Assembly: GCF_006345805.1 (NCBI RefSeq)
Contig: NC_043001.1
Span: 34,534,001 to 34,598,000, forward strand
Direction: 5' to 3'
Source: Octopus sinensis
Taxonomy: Eukaryota
DNA length: 64,000 bases
Part shown: positions 51,440-64,000 of the stretch, piece after piece
How positions within the stretch are numbered: the stretch's first letter is position 1
Layout of the letters: each line of letters opens with the position of its first letter
The notes under the pieces: generated by a model
Told to the model about the DNA's origin: nothing
Seen by the model: only the letters and a program-made list of their open reading frames with translations
The model's database searches: none
Made by a program: the position numbers and the translations under genes

Positions 51440-51868
51440 GGATATTTTCGGTTTGAACGGCAGTTTTTTCTAGCGGTGTCATATGAAATTGTCACCCATA
51501 ATTATGACCCTAGTATCGATCTATTGCATTTCCATCTGTTTTAGGGTTAGAGTTAGGGTTAGGGTTAGGGGTGGGGGGAAGGGTATCTTTTTTTCTTCAG
51601 AAATGTAAATAAACCCAATCTGTTTCTTAAACGAGGGACATATTCATACTGCACAGAATGTTTTCACCTCAATAGACGTCATTGATTGGTTGAAATTGCA
51701 GAAATTGAAGAAAAACAACAACAATTATCTTACAAACTATAGAATTTTCTCAATAAAGCCAAGAGAAAAAGATGTTTTATAAACACATTCTACCAGTATA
51801 CGAAGTTTAAAAGTGTTTAGTTACATAGAAATTATTTTTAAAAACTGCCGTTCAAACCGAAAAGATCC
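51440..51868. mobile_element. Non-autonomous DNA transposon, Merlin-like (GG termini, 30-bp TIRs, 8-bp TSD), with internal TTAGGG repeats
   Basis: TIR ggatattttcggtttgaacggcagtttttt / aaaaaactgccgttcaaaccgaaaagatcc (1 mismatch); flanks tgacttcc and cgacttcc. Confidence 0.8.
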
Positions 51869-52701
51869 CGACTTCCTTTAGTGGATCTCGCTATTCCAGA
51901 AGCAGTGACGTGTGGTGTTCCGAAGACATAATCCAAAAGCAATAACAGCAGGCAAAGTTTTCACCTCTGGGGACTGTCATCGTTGCTATTATTGCTACTT
52001 GTTATACTAATACCTGTTACCGTCTCTTTCCTTTTCCTTTTCCTTGAAGGCATTTCATACCTTATACTATACACTATATGTGTAGCAAAAAACAAAAAAA
52101 AAACAAAACAAAACAAAAAAAACTTTTGCTCTGCATCCCTACAAATCCCCGATTCATCTCTCTAAAAGATAAGAACACTTCCCCAAATTTAGCCCAAAAC
52201 AAACGGGAAGCATACTCAGTGCCCCGCATCCTGGCTATGGTTTTCTTATAAGCCACCTTTTTAGCACTTCTCACTTCACGTTTACATACCTCTTTAATAT
52301 CAATTGGAATGTAATTTGAAGAAATAGCAACGTGACACTATCATATAAAGAAAACAAGCAAAGAATACCACTTTTAAAAGAATTAGTGCAATAACATTTA
52401 TTAAAAATACACTTACACACAGAGACACTCGTACACATACACGCTCACATAGCAGCAAATAAAAGAAAAAAATGTATATATTCCTTCAAATTGTAAATCC
52501 AGAATAGCATTAAAATCTAGAATGAAGAAGTGGTTTGGCGCCGGGAATTAGGTATTAATATAAATATACCATTCATTGCCAGATTCTAATGAGAAATTAA
52601 TGAGAAGAAAAACGGCCTTGCAAACATAGTATATTAGTGAAGTGCGAAATAAGTAAAATATATGTATGAATATTGTGTATATATCTGTGTGCATATATGT
52701 T

Positions 52702-52750
<49 letters not shown>

Positions 52751-53133
52751 TAATAATCTGTGGTGCATGCGTGTATTTTTGGTTCCATGATGATGTGATG
52801 TTGTATGGAAGCCGGGGATCAAAAGATGCCAATAGAATTTCGTGGTTGATTCTTGGCGCGAAGTACTTCACTGTGAAGACAGCGTTATGTATAAAAGTAT
52901 ATAACATGAAAATGCAGTGATATGTGTTTATATATCTATGTAATAGAGATATATATTTTATGTCTCTACCAATTTTTCTATATGTGTATGTGTGTTTATG
53001 CCCATGCCTTTATACTTCATCTGTCTCTATCTATCTATACATTCCATCCATCCATCCACTCACCCACCCTTCCATCCATCCATCCATCCATCCATCCAGC
53101 TATCTATCTGTTTATCCATCCATCTATCTATCC

Positions 53134-53211
<78 letters not shown>

Positions 53212-53231
53212 GCATTCATCAATTTGTTTAT

Positions 53232-54313
53232 CTCTCTCTCTCTCTATCCAGCAATGGGCCGAGAGGAAGCTATCCCTAAAAGGTCGGGCGGAGATGGCGA
53301 GGCCTACATAGCATCCGTAATTGATTACCGTCTGACCGTCGTGCCTTGTCTCTACCCTACCATCACCAAACTAGAACGCATACTCTTCCGCTTCTTGTGG
53401 AAAGGAAGCGTTCCGATGGTTAGGCGATCCATTTGCTGTCAATACCCGCTAAATGGAGAGCTAGGCATGCGCTGAGATCGAGACATATCCAGCGCTTCAT
53501 AGACGACGGTGAACAGGTGTGCTCGCCGTTTGTGCGGCGCGCTTTCCTGCAGCTCGTCTCCTTAGCCGAACAGCAGTCGTGGATTAAACAGCGACCGAAG
53601 CTAGGTGAATTGCGTCGCGAGTGTTGCGTTGCTCTCAAGCAACTCTGTCGCTAAAGGCGTTCTATAGAGGATTACAACAAAGGCGTTCTATAGAGGATAA
53701 ATGGAGGCGAGGTGCGACGACGTTCTCGGGCAGAATCTGGGCGTCGACGAGGAACACCTGACTCGCCTGTTCAGAAAACTTTCAGGTCGAGCCCTATGGG
53801 CCATCACCAAAGATCCCTGGCCTAGCAGTGCTATCGAGAAGCATTACCCGTTCGGGATAAGCTCTACAGGCACAATTTGAGACACACCGGACCGATTTGC
53901 CCAAGATGCGATCAGAGCGACGAAACTGTTTTGCACGCACTTGTGCAGTGTCCAACCATTTCGGACCTGTGGGCTTATGCTGAATGGCTGCTGTCACGTG
54001 TTGGACAAGTTTACTTGTCGGCCGAGTCTATCGTGACAATTGCTCCGTCACCTTCCCTCAACCGGGAAGGCAAGGCGGTCTTCATCGTACTGGTGGCCAT
54101 GTTGAAAGAATGTGTTTTGTAGACACGAGCGAAAGGGTAGAGACAAACACTTACCTCACTGGGCAATCGCTTGTCAACTTTTTCAAGTACCACTTGAAAA
54201 GGAAGGTGAGAATGGGGAGGCAGGTTTTGTCTCGTGAAAGTTTCAAAATGGTGGGTGAATGTAGCAAAGATGGTGCGTGCGCATAACGAAACCACTTTCA
54301 GCAAGATCCTGTA

Positions 54314-54367
<54 letters not shown>

Positions 54368-54500
54368 CACTTTGCTCTCATGTATTTATTCTCTCTCTGC
54401 CTGTAGTTACCGTGGTCTTTTCCGTAGGCTTTTCTTTTCACGGCCAAACCTAATCTTACTTTAAAACTTTTTTAAAACTCTTCTGTGATACAGGATCCCT
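53232..54500 (+). pseudogene. 5'-truncated L1/Tx1-like LINE: ORF2 C-terminus with CCHC zinc knuckle, plus 3' UTR
   Basis: WAERKLSLKGR, LERILFRFLWKG, GELGM, ALPVRDKL and CPRCDQSDETVLHALVQC across frameshifts; (GA)n in the UTR. Confidence 0.88.
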
Positions 54501-54560
54501 TATTTTATATATGCACGTTACGAAGTTTTCCCCAGAAATATATATATATATATATATAAA

Positions 54561-54688
54561 CCAAGAGGTGATCCACATGTGTATCCAGCCCTGCAATATG
54601 CCATGCTGTAGGATAACATGTGGTAGCCAAATAACGGCATAACTGCCGTTATTTGCAGAGCTGGATACACATGTGGAATTTCTCTTGG
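54561..54688. repeat. Short foldback with nested hairpin
   Basis: ccaagag..tccacatgtgtatccagc.ctgcaa versus ttgcagagctggatacacatgtgga..ctcttgg; internal aaataacggcataactgccgttattt. Confidence 0.75.
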
Positions 54689-54794
54689 CCTATGATTGAT
54701 ATAAGTATATTATAACTCGGCGACGGCGGATATCAGGCTACACCCGACGAAGAACGCACACACGGCTGTTGCTAAAAAGGATTAAACTTTTATC

Positions 54795-55000
54795 TTTTTT
54801 CATCTTTTACCTGTTTCAATCTGCGGCCATGCTAGAGCACCACCTTGAAATTTTAGTCGAATGAATCAACCCCAGTACTTATTTTTAAATCCTGGTTCTT
54901 ATTCTATCGGGCTCTTTCGCCGAACCGCTAAGTTACTGGAACGTAAACACACCAACACCGGTTTGTAGATGGTGATGGGGGAGCAAACTTACACACACAC

Positions 55001-55048
<48 letters not shown>

Positions 55049-55190
55049 GGCGGGCTTCTTTCAGTTTCCATCTACTAAATCGACTGGGGTCGACCCAAGG
55101 CTATAGTAGAAGACACTTTCCGAAGATTTCACGCAATGGGACTGAACACTGGATGATGTGGTTGTTAAGCAACCTTCTTGTCCGTATAGT
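54795..55190 (-). mobile_element. SINE family B, diverged
   Basis: ctgcggccatgctagagcacc...gaaccgctaagttac...gggcttctttcagtttcc...cacgcaatgggactgaac. Confidence 0.8.
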
Positions 55191-55651
55191 AATTATAAAA
55201 TAGTAATTTTGCTTAAATATATATGAATATAGACTCAACATCTCAAAGGTGGTGTGCGGTGCAGAAACAGATGTTGTAAGAAATTGTTAAAAGTCCCATC
55301 CCATCGCCTCCTTCCTCGTGTTATATTATTCTTACACACACACACTCACACAGACACACGCGCGCACGCACACACACACACGCACACACACATATATACA
55401 TATATACATATATACGACGGGCTTCTTTCATTTCCCGTGTACCAAACCGACTCACAAGGCATTGATCGGACCGAGGCCGCAGCAAAAGGCACTTGCCCAA
55501 GGTTCCACGGAGTGGGACCGTACCCTTACACGCACGCAATCACACACACACACACACACAGACACACACATGTATGCGAAGACAGAGGAAGAAATTTTGG
55601 GAATGAATTACCATTTGCAAATATATATATATTAGCAATATATGACGGTAA

Positions 55652-56035
55652 TCTCTCTCTATATAAACGGCAGTTTGTCTGTGCGTGTTTCTGTGTGTCT
55701 GTTTTCTCGTACCCTCACTCTGACCACGGCTTTCAACCGATTCTGATGAAACTTGACACACACATAGCCCAATGTCATAATTCAAAACTAACGCAGCGAA
55801 AATTTTGAAAAGTTCCCCCAGTTCTGAAAAAAATCGATAAATTCGACATGGGGTCGAGAATCAGAAACCCAAACCACAGACCGTCTAGGGGACGCAACTC
55901 CACCTTTTTTAACTCAGAAAAAAAATTAACATCATTTTTTTTCCATTTTTTTGCTATTTTTTGGCTATAACTCTCTAAAAATGCTTTATAGTTATTTCCC
56001 TTACAAACCTGAGCAACGCCGGGCGATACTGCTAG
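55652..56035 (+). mobile_element. Non-autonomous Helitron
   Basis: A|TC 5' end (tctctctctatataaacggcag), subterminal GC-rich hairpin cctgagcaacgccggg, CTAG|T 3' end, no TSD. Confidence 0.8.
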
Positions 56036-56119
56036 TGATGGATAATATAATTAATTACTGTCGATTCCAACGGAGGTAAGGTGCGCTATTATAACGGTGT
56101 CATTAGTGATAGCAATGTG

Positions 56120-56301
56120 TAGCTGATGATGCCGATGGCTGTGGTGATATTGATGAATGATGATGCTAATGATGATGAGGGTGATGATAATGATGATGAT
56201 GATGATGATGATGATGACGACGATGATGCTGACGACAGTGGTGGTGGTTGTTGTTGGTGGTGATACTGGCGATGACGATGACGATGATGATGATGATGAT
56301 G

Positions 56302-56336
<35 letters not shown>

Positions 56337-56708
56337 GAAGTGCTTGATAATGATGACGTCGATATTAATGAGTGTGTTGATATCAATATGGTTGATTTAT
56401 CGACATAATTATAATTACTAGAGTCGTCGTCTTCATGATGACGACGATGTGATGATGGTGATGATGTGTATCATCATCATCATCCTTAACAATAACAACA
56501 TCATTATGGTCATTAATTTATCTTTAAACTCGATATCAGTGTACGTCACTCATTACACTCAATAAAGCACAGAGGAATAGAAACAGAACGCAGAATAGCA
56601 ATAGAAGCCGACCCTCTCTCCAAAGACTGCCACTTCGACGGCAACGGCGACGACGACAATCGCCACCGCCGCCGCCGCCACCGCCACTACTACTACTACT
56701 AATACTAC

Positions 56709-56762
<54 letters not shown>

Positions 56763-56865
56763 CACCACCACTGCCGCCGCCGCCAGCAGCAGCAGCACCA
56801 CCACCACCACCACCACCACCACTACTACTACTACTAATACAGCCATTGCTGCTGCCGCCGTTGCC

Positions 56866-56902
<37 letters not shown>
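56120..56902. repeat. Compound trinucleotide low-complexity tracts (GAT)n/(CTA)n/(CCA)n/(GTA)n
   Basis: Seen directly; source of the poly-M/D/V ORFs. Confidence 0.9.
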
Positions 56903-57285
56903 CATATTTCTATTTTATGCTAAAATGTCCATTCGGATATATTTATAAAATATTTATTTGTGCTTTCCTCAACAAAAGATTTTTATCTATGTGTACACAC
57001 ATGCACAAACACACACACACACACATCACCCACATGTCGGCATACATTCTGAATATGTATGTTTATAGCGTGCTTGTGTGTGTTGATATATTGGTCGCGT
57101 CTGTCTCTCTTGTTGCTAGTCCCATATAACACAGTAGAACCTGTTGTATGATCGTGCTGTGAGGAAACGCGACCAGCGCAGTTCACCCAAATGCAGGGTG
57201 AAGGATTACATTGGGGAGCAGCAAGATGAAAATATAATTTTTCGACTGGTTGCAATGCCTCCCAGAGACACCAACAGCCAACGCA

Positions 57286-57663
57286 TACTCTTTTACTTGT
57301 TTCAGTCATTTAACTGCGGCCATGCTGGAGCAGCACCGTTAGTTGAGCAAATCGAACCCAGGACTTATTCTTTGTAAGCTTAGTACTTTTTCTAACGTTC
57401 TCTTTTGCCGAACCGGTAAGTTACGGGGACGTAAACACAACAGCATCGGTTGTCAAGCGATGTTGGGGGCACAAATACAGACACACACACACACACCACA
57501 CACACACATATATATATATATATATACATTTATACGATGGGCTTCTTTCAGTTTCCGTCTACCAAATCCACTCACAAGGCATTGGTCAGCCCGAGGCTAT
57601 AGTTGAAGACAATTGTGCAAGGTGCCACGCAGTGGGACTGAACCCGAAACCATGTGGTTGGTA
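57286..57663 (-). mobile_element. SINE family B, near full length
   Basis: tactcttttacttgtttcagtcatttaactgcggccatgc...ggtgccacgcagtgggactgaacccgaaaccatgtggttgg. Confidence 0.88.
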
Positions 57664-58384
57664 TGCACCCCGAGTTTTATGCTCATTAAAACACTTCTTG
57701 GTGACCTGAAGAAACTCAAACATCCACTGTGGGTTTGTCGTCGCGCCTTTTTGGATAATGATTGAGAAAGATGGAATGGTCATGGTTGTATTTCTTGCTG
57801 TTCATTAAGACTGCCATATGCTATGGGTTAAGATTGTAACTGCTGGTGTGTGGGTGTATGTGTGTGTGTAAATACGTATGTCTACAAGGCACATATATAT
57901 AATAGTCTGGAGATGTATTATCATTATTTTTTGATAAGTAACACGGATTAATGTTGAATAATGTGCCCAAGTGGCCATAGCATCATACATATTAGTTTGA
58001 GGAAATCCTGCCGTTGGTATCTATATATTCAGGTGAGGAATCTTTAAGTGATCAATCAGTCTGCTAGAAATAGCAATCAAATCTCACTCAGATCACACTC
58101 TACCTTCGTAAAATTGGGAGAATAAGTAGGATGATATAGCAAACGATACGTTATGGCCCGCCTAAGCTACAAGAAATAGTATCCAAATCTTCCCCAGTTA
58201 TACACATATGTTTTAAAATAGGAAGGATACGTTAGAAAATGTATTCTTTGATGCGTCATGACAGGATAATAGACGGGATTTTCACGCTAGGAACGTCTTC
58301 GGATGTAGGTCTTCTTAATATCAAAGATGAACTGATTTTAAAAAGAAATCATATGAGGAAACGTAAAAAAAAAGTAAAGACCTC

Positions 58385-58701
58385 ACTGGGATTGCACCAA
58401 GCATGTTCCCTTTCGAGTGCACAATTCAGAGCAAGGCTATTTTCTGGAAGATTAGCAGTCGTCCATGGATACCAGCCTCCCCTCTCCACCGATGTTATCC
58501 AAGGGGAAGGCAAAGGTCGATACAGATTGGCACCAGTGCCGTCGCAACTCATATTCTAGAGCTGAGTGAACTGGAGCAAATAAATTGGAGTGAAATAAAG
58601 TGTCTTGCTCAAGAACACAACACACAGCCCGGTCCGCAAACCGACGTCACTACCTCATGTAGGTGAGGCCGACGCTCTAGCCAGTGAGCCATGCGCTTTC
58701 A
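58385..58701 (-). mobile_element. tRNA-derived SINE family E
   Basis: Minus-strand head aaagcgcatggctcactggctagagcgtcgg, then gtgttgtgttcttgagcaagacactttatt and gctccagttcactcagc. Confidence 0.65.
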
Positions 58702-58728
58702 TGGATGTCAATATGTATATAGACACAC

Positions 58729-58789
<61 letters not shown>

Positions 58790-58804
<15 letters not shown>

Positions 58805-58932
58805 CTGTGTATGTATGTGTGTCTGTGTTTATGCACCGAACATCGCTTGACAATCGATGCTGGTGTGTTTACGTCCCCGTAACTTAGCGGTTCGGCAAAA
58901 GAGACCGATAGAATAAGTACTAGGCTTACAAA
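58790..58932 (+). mobile_element. SINE family B internal fragment
   Basis: aacatcgcttgacaatcgatgctggtgtgtttacgtccccgtaacttagcggttcggcaaaagagaccgatagaataagtactaggcttacaaag. Confidence 0.85.
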
Positions 58933-59656
58933 GAGTATATACACACACGAGTATATAGTCACACGCACACACTTATACACACGTACACACACATCTAGCT
59001 ACATGGGTATATAGATACACATGCACACACATACACACACACACACACAGACAGACATGTATACAGACACTTATGTATATAGACACACAATGAAAGTAAT
59101 GGCTGTTTGTGTACAAATATACACGCACAATATTTTAATATTTTGCTGACATTTGTATGGTGGTGACACGATAGGATAAACTGCGAATACTGCCGTTATT
59201 ATATAGGTTTTGAAAGCGGTAAACTGGTAGATTCGTTAGCACGCTCAGCAAAATACTTAACGGTGTTTCCCCCGAGGCCGTCTTTGCCTTTCATCAATCC
59301 GAACCAATAAAACAAGACACTAACTTGACACTGGGATCGATGTAATTGACTTACCGTCTCCTTCGAGATTACTGGTCTTTTTAATTATATTCTCCTTTAA
59401 TTATATTTAAGCAAGTGAGAACAGCAAATATGTGTTTACGTTTCGTTCAAACATTCTGTTTTTTAATGTAGGTATACAAGGCTGACGTGAATGTTAGGGG
59501 AAAATCAGAGCATAGTTAGAATCGAATTAACGTGTCCTCTACTGAAAGTTCATTTGAACGTAAAGTTTCGTCAGACGACGAAGAGTAGCATCATTGACCT
59601 TCTATAGTGTCTTCCAGATTACTTCTGGAACTATTGGAAAAAAGGCACAGTCTCTT

Positions 59657-59708
<52 letters not shown>

Positions 59709-59933
59709 CAGGGTTGGCCAAAAGTCACCTGACAGTAAATCAAACCATTTAAAAGATTTATTTAGGTTAAATAACTGAATGTATTTAATAAAAGAATCTA
59801 ATTATGAAAGATTATGAAAATTGTGCAAACTGAAGTCCTTGAGCGACACATTTTTTCAAATGAATGAATAAAATTGAATATTAAGTATTTATGGAATTGT
59901 GATTTACTGTACAGTAACTTTTGGCCAATCCTA
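59709..59933. mobile_element. Tc1/mariner-type MITE
   Basis: ta|cagggttggccaaaagtcacctgacagtaaatca versus tgatttactgtacagtaacttttggccaatcct. Confidence 0.7.
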
Positions 59934-59935
59934 AT

Positions 59936-60331
59936 ACAAGGTAGAGAATGCTAAAATAATTTTATCATGAAGAACATTTTAGTACCGGTTTCAACTTAGA
60001 TGACGCGTGAAAAACACATAAATTGTTGAAAAATCAAATGAAATGTTTTTTCAAAAATATTTCCATAGTTTTCAAATGCAAGGGACATTATCCATTTTTC
60101 AGTCTGTCTCTGTCTCCCTTTTCTACTCTTGTGAGTTCTAGGTAGTTAGCAGCAGCTAGTTTGACATGAATTCTTGTCTTGCGTTTGAAAACTATGGAAA
60201 TATTTAAAAGAAAAACATTTCATTTAATTTTTCCCCAATTTAATTCATTTTCAAGTTGAAAAAGTCGCAAACATTGAAACTGGTACTAAAATTTTCTTCA
60301 TGAAAAAACTATTTTAGTATTTTCTACCTTG
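59936..60331. repeat. Foldback with about 145-bp diverged arms
   Basis: acaaggtaga...ttttagtaccggtttcaa...atatttccatagttttcaaatgcaag versus cttgcgtttgaaaactatggaaatat...ttgaaactggtactaaaa...tctaccttgt. Confidence 0.85.
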
Positions 60332-60378
60332 TTTTATTTTCTTTATACATATCAACACGTGTGTTTCTTTTCAACCTA

Positions 60379-60416
<38 letters not shown>

Positions 60417-60651
60417 ACACACACACACACATCGTTGAGACAACAATGAATTCTGCCAACGTTTAATACAATTATTTAGGCACGAAAGTTACACGTCTCT
60501 GACGATTTCACAATTCTTCATTAGGTAATGAAAATTACGTAATAATAAACATACTATTTAAAGAAATATACGTAGGATAGTGTAATTAAATATCTAATAA
60601 AAAAAACTCTTATATTTTCTTTTATTTCTATGTATATGTCTGTCTGTCTGT

Positions 60652-60718
<67 letters not shown>

Positions 60719-60786
60719 CCTATCTATCTACCTACCTATCTATCCCTCTTTCTCTCTCTCTCTGTATACATACTACATACATACAA

Positions 60787-60851
<65 letters not shown>

Positions 60852-61489
60852 TATATATATATGCATATATATATACACGTGTGTGTGTGTGTATGATTAA
60901 GATCCACTGAATATAAGTAGCTATGTATATATTTATACGCATTTTTAAGCAAAAAAAAAAAGAGAAAACGCATATGAATACAACCATATACAAATATGCA
61001 TATCTATTTCTCTTTCTCCATTTTTAAATACGTCCATAATATATATATATATATTAAGCGTAAAAGAGGGACATAAATACATTCACGCACACACACATAC
61101 ACATACATATACATACACACACATTTTTAAACATGCACGTGTTCTTATCGTTTAAGAGCGCAATAGCTATTAGGGAAGACGTATGTAATCTTCAAGTGTG
61201 GATCTCTGAATTTAAGTAGGGTTTGTTGTCATAGCAACAGTTTATCGATTATAAAGAAGAAACAGTTTTCATGCCAATGTTCAACATAATGTTCATATGA
61301 TCAAGTCTGACAGTTTAAAGCAGGACTTATAATCATATTTAGGTTCATACCTTATTTTCTGTACATTTGCTATATTACTGCCTAACGGAATTCGAATGGG
61401 CTATGCAAACAGTTAAGCGTATTCCATATATTTTCTCCCCGTTTCTCAATCTTACAATTAGTCTTATTCCTGTATGTATGTATGTATGT

Positions 61490-61776
61490 CATTATTCAGT
61501 TTATTTGAAGATTTCTTATCAATAGAGAAAGAATCGGTTTCTAACCTAGATCACAAGGTTATTTCACTGGAATTTCAACATCAAGAACAGGGTAATTTTG
61601 TATGTATCTACGTATGTATGTATGTATGTACGTATTTTTGTATGTATGTATGTATGTATGTCTTTATACAGTTTATTTCAAGATTTCTTGCCAATAAAGA
61701 ACCAGTTTCTAACCTAGATCCAAGGCTCTTTCATTGGAATTCCAACATCAACATGGTAATTTTGTATGTATGTATG

Positions 61777-61810
<34 letters not shown>

Positions 61811-62356
61811 TGTATGTATGTATGTATGTATGTATGTATGTATGTATGTATGTATGTATGTATGCATATATATATGTATGTGTGTATATATGTATGCATG
61901 TATGTATGTTTGTGCAGATTTGTATGTTTTTTGTATGTATTCTCATGCATATAATTACATATCTAGACATGCTCATATATATTTGAATGATAAACGTCTG
62001 GAAAGTATCACAGTTTCTTAGAGTTCCAGTGATAGATTTGATGTGTAGTCTTCGAATTAGCTTTCACCTTTCTAGTTCTGAGAAGCCTAATTTCTCAAGA
62101 TTGGTATTTAGGCAGTGTGTTACATATCTCAGAGTCCCACTAATTACAGGTATAAACATAAACTTGTAATATGCATAGAATAACTGCAGATTTCTCAATG
62201 GTTCGACATAGGTGTTCTCTTTTTCACTGATCTTCAGCTTTATGCTAACATCCGCCGTGCACAGTTTCTCTTCTCTATTCCAAATCATTTATACCAGGTC
62301 TGTTGTGCATACATTTTATTGAGGTCTTCACTGGTACATTCCACCAGTATTCCTTT
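61490..62356 (-). mobile_element. REL-endonuclease (R4/Dong-like) LINE 3' end, plus a second short 3'-end copy, in (CATA)n
   Basis: Minus strand [30 protein letters not shown]...KISEKENTY...FIPVISGTL; the 3' terminus (ggaattccaatgaa...aataaactg) occurs twice, at 61490-61600 and 61665-61765. Confidence 0.75.
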
Positions 62357-62492
62357 TTATGTATGTATGTATGTATGGATGGATGAATGGATGGATGGAT
62401 GGATGGATGGATGAATGGATGGATGGATGGGTGGATGGATGGATGGATGGATAAATGGATGGAAGGATGGAGGGATGGGTGGATGGATGGAT

Positions 62493-63030
62493 GTAGCCGG
62501 TCGCTAACAAAGCGACAAGATGTTTTGATTTAAGAGAGTTCCTGGTGCTTGTAAATATGTGGTCGAGTTTGTGTGTTAGTTGAACTGTCGATGCAAACAC
62601 CCAATTGAGTGCATCTATTCAAATAAAAAACTTCACACGAAGAATTTTTGGAATGTCTTATAGTCTTCCCTCTGCCACTATTAGATTGGATTTGGAGAAT
62701 CCGCTTCAGTTTCTTTAGCTCTTTATCCGTGAAACCGAATATTTCTAGGATTTGTGCGTATTTCGACGTACATAATTTAATACATCTCTAATGAAAAGTA
62801 CAGACGAGAATTCATATTCAGGGTACAGAAGAGCTGTAAGTTCCGCGTTACTTCTCCATAAATACTCTTTTTCTCTTCGACTTTTCATTGTACAGTCACA
62901 TCCGCTGGGCAGCTGATCCCTGCAACAGTGCATATTTTTTGTTCCCTGTCCCACAGAACAATATCAAGTCTGTTATGTTTGCACCGAATTAGTGATTTTA
63001 TCGGGATGTTCCACCAGTATACCTTGCTTT
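62493..63030 (-). mobile_element. Second, diverged REL-endonuclease LINE 3' fragment
   Basis: Minus strand YWWNIPIKSLIRCKHNRLDIVLWDREQKICTVAGISCPADV...EEKKSIY. Confidence 0.75.
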
Positions 63031-63103
63031 TATGTATGTATGTATGTATGTATGTATGTATGTATGTATGTATGTATGTATGTATGTATGATGTATGTAT
63101 GTA

Positions 63104-63143
<40 letters not shown>

Positions 63144-63146
63144 TAA

Positions 63147-64000
63147 ACAGCGTGTTGTGAATAAATTGTCTAAATTACGCAAAAATGAAAATAACAATGA
63201 CATCTCATTTTAACTGATATATTTGCCAAAATGACAAAAAATATCTTGAAAGAGTAAATTCATTTGATAAAATCACCATTGGCTTCAATCACGGCCTCCA
63301 GACAGGCTTTGGAATGTTTTGCAACTTTTCTGGAGGGTCACCTCGTTTAGATGGTGAATGCTGCCATAATCCTTACCTTCAGTTCATCTTTGGTGTTACA
63401 AGGAGTTTTGTTGGTCTCTCGCTCAACTGTGCCCCGCACATAATAATTAAGGGGGTTGCAGTCTGGGGAGTCAGGTGGCCAGATCTTAAGGGTGATGTGG
63501 TTGCAGAAATTGTCTGAGAGCCATGACTGGGTCTTCTAGCAACAACCCTTGTGACCCAAGGCAGCACTACCTCCTCCAGGCACTTGATGTTGGCCTTCGT
63601 GTTGAGTCTAAGGCCGTGTTGGAAGATGAATGGAGGCATAACGTCGCCATCGTTAGTAATCACTCCAAACACGATGATGTTGATTGGATGTTTGATTTTT
63701 ATCACTCTCGGTACATGTTTTAGGATCACGGCAAGCCAACGGTTGTTCTGTGTGTTCACCGTCTAATCTTGGTAGAAATTTTTCTCGTCTGAGAAAACCC
63801 AAAGAATGTTCGGTTGGAGGGGATGCTTGAATTTGTTCAAAAGCTTCGTAACGTGGTTTATTCTTTTGTCCTTGAAGGCTTGGGATAAAAATTGGTTCTT
63901 TATTATCTTGTATGAGGAATACCGAACGTCTTCATGCACAACTTGCCTGATAGGAAAATCAGACACGGCCATGTTCCTGGTGATGGACCTGACTGACTTG
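63147..64000 (-). pseudogene. maT / DD37D-type Tc1-mariner transposase pseudogene (continues beyond the window)
   Basis: WVFSDEKNF, VFGVITNDGDVMPPFIF and WPPDSPDCNPLNYYVWG; the second catalytic-D segment is deleted; TIR-like cagcgtgttgtgaataaattgtc at about 63147. Confidence 0.82.

Noticed and set aside
51541-51578. True telomere or chromosome-fusion scar
   Set aside because: Only five units, lying inside a TIR/TSD-bounded element, with no inverted CCCTAA array.
61690-61750. Hammerhead-like gaaactggtt motif in the REL-LINE 3' UTR (minus strand)
   Set aside because: The upstream core reads ccaatga or ccagtga in the two copies rather than CUGANGA.
458-63213. Most ORF-track entries (YIYI, VCVC, THTH, LSIY, poly-S/L/Y/M/D)
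   Set aside because: They are translations of stop-free microsatellites or SINE sequence, with no domain signal.

Overview
AT-rich, repeat-dominated eukaryotic non-coding DNA. The SINE families and microsatellite density look like an Octopus (cephalopod) genome; this is recognition from memory, not a database result. I find no intact host protein-coding gene, and nearly all ORF-track entries are translations of (TA)n/(CA)n/(CTAT)n/(TAG)n microsatellites. The window holds several tRNA-derived SINE families; decayed non-LTR retrotransposons (L1/Tx1-, CR1-, HERO- and R4/Dong-like); Tc1/mariner/maT remnants and MITEs; a non-autonomous Helitron; and a Merlin-like MITE carrying TTAGGG repeats. The main signal is a set of non-coding foldback elements that carry type I hammerhead ribozyme motifs. 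The best case is a near-identical 536-bp unit in tandem plus inverted arrangement at 7041-8731, with three complete hammerheads and an inversion junction beside a predicted cleavage site. A second is a tRNA-headed, hammerhead-tailed foldback insert with a 15-bp target-site duplication (TSD) at 47121-47561. These resemble Penelope-like-element (PLE) / retrozyme biology. All structures were read by eye, so coordinates of degenerate repeats are approximate.
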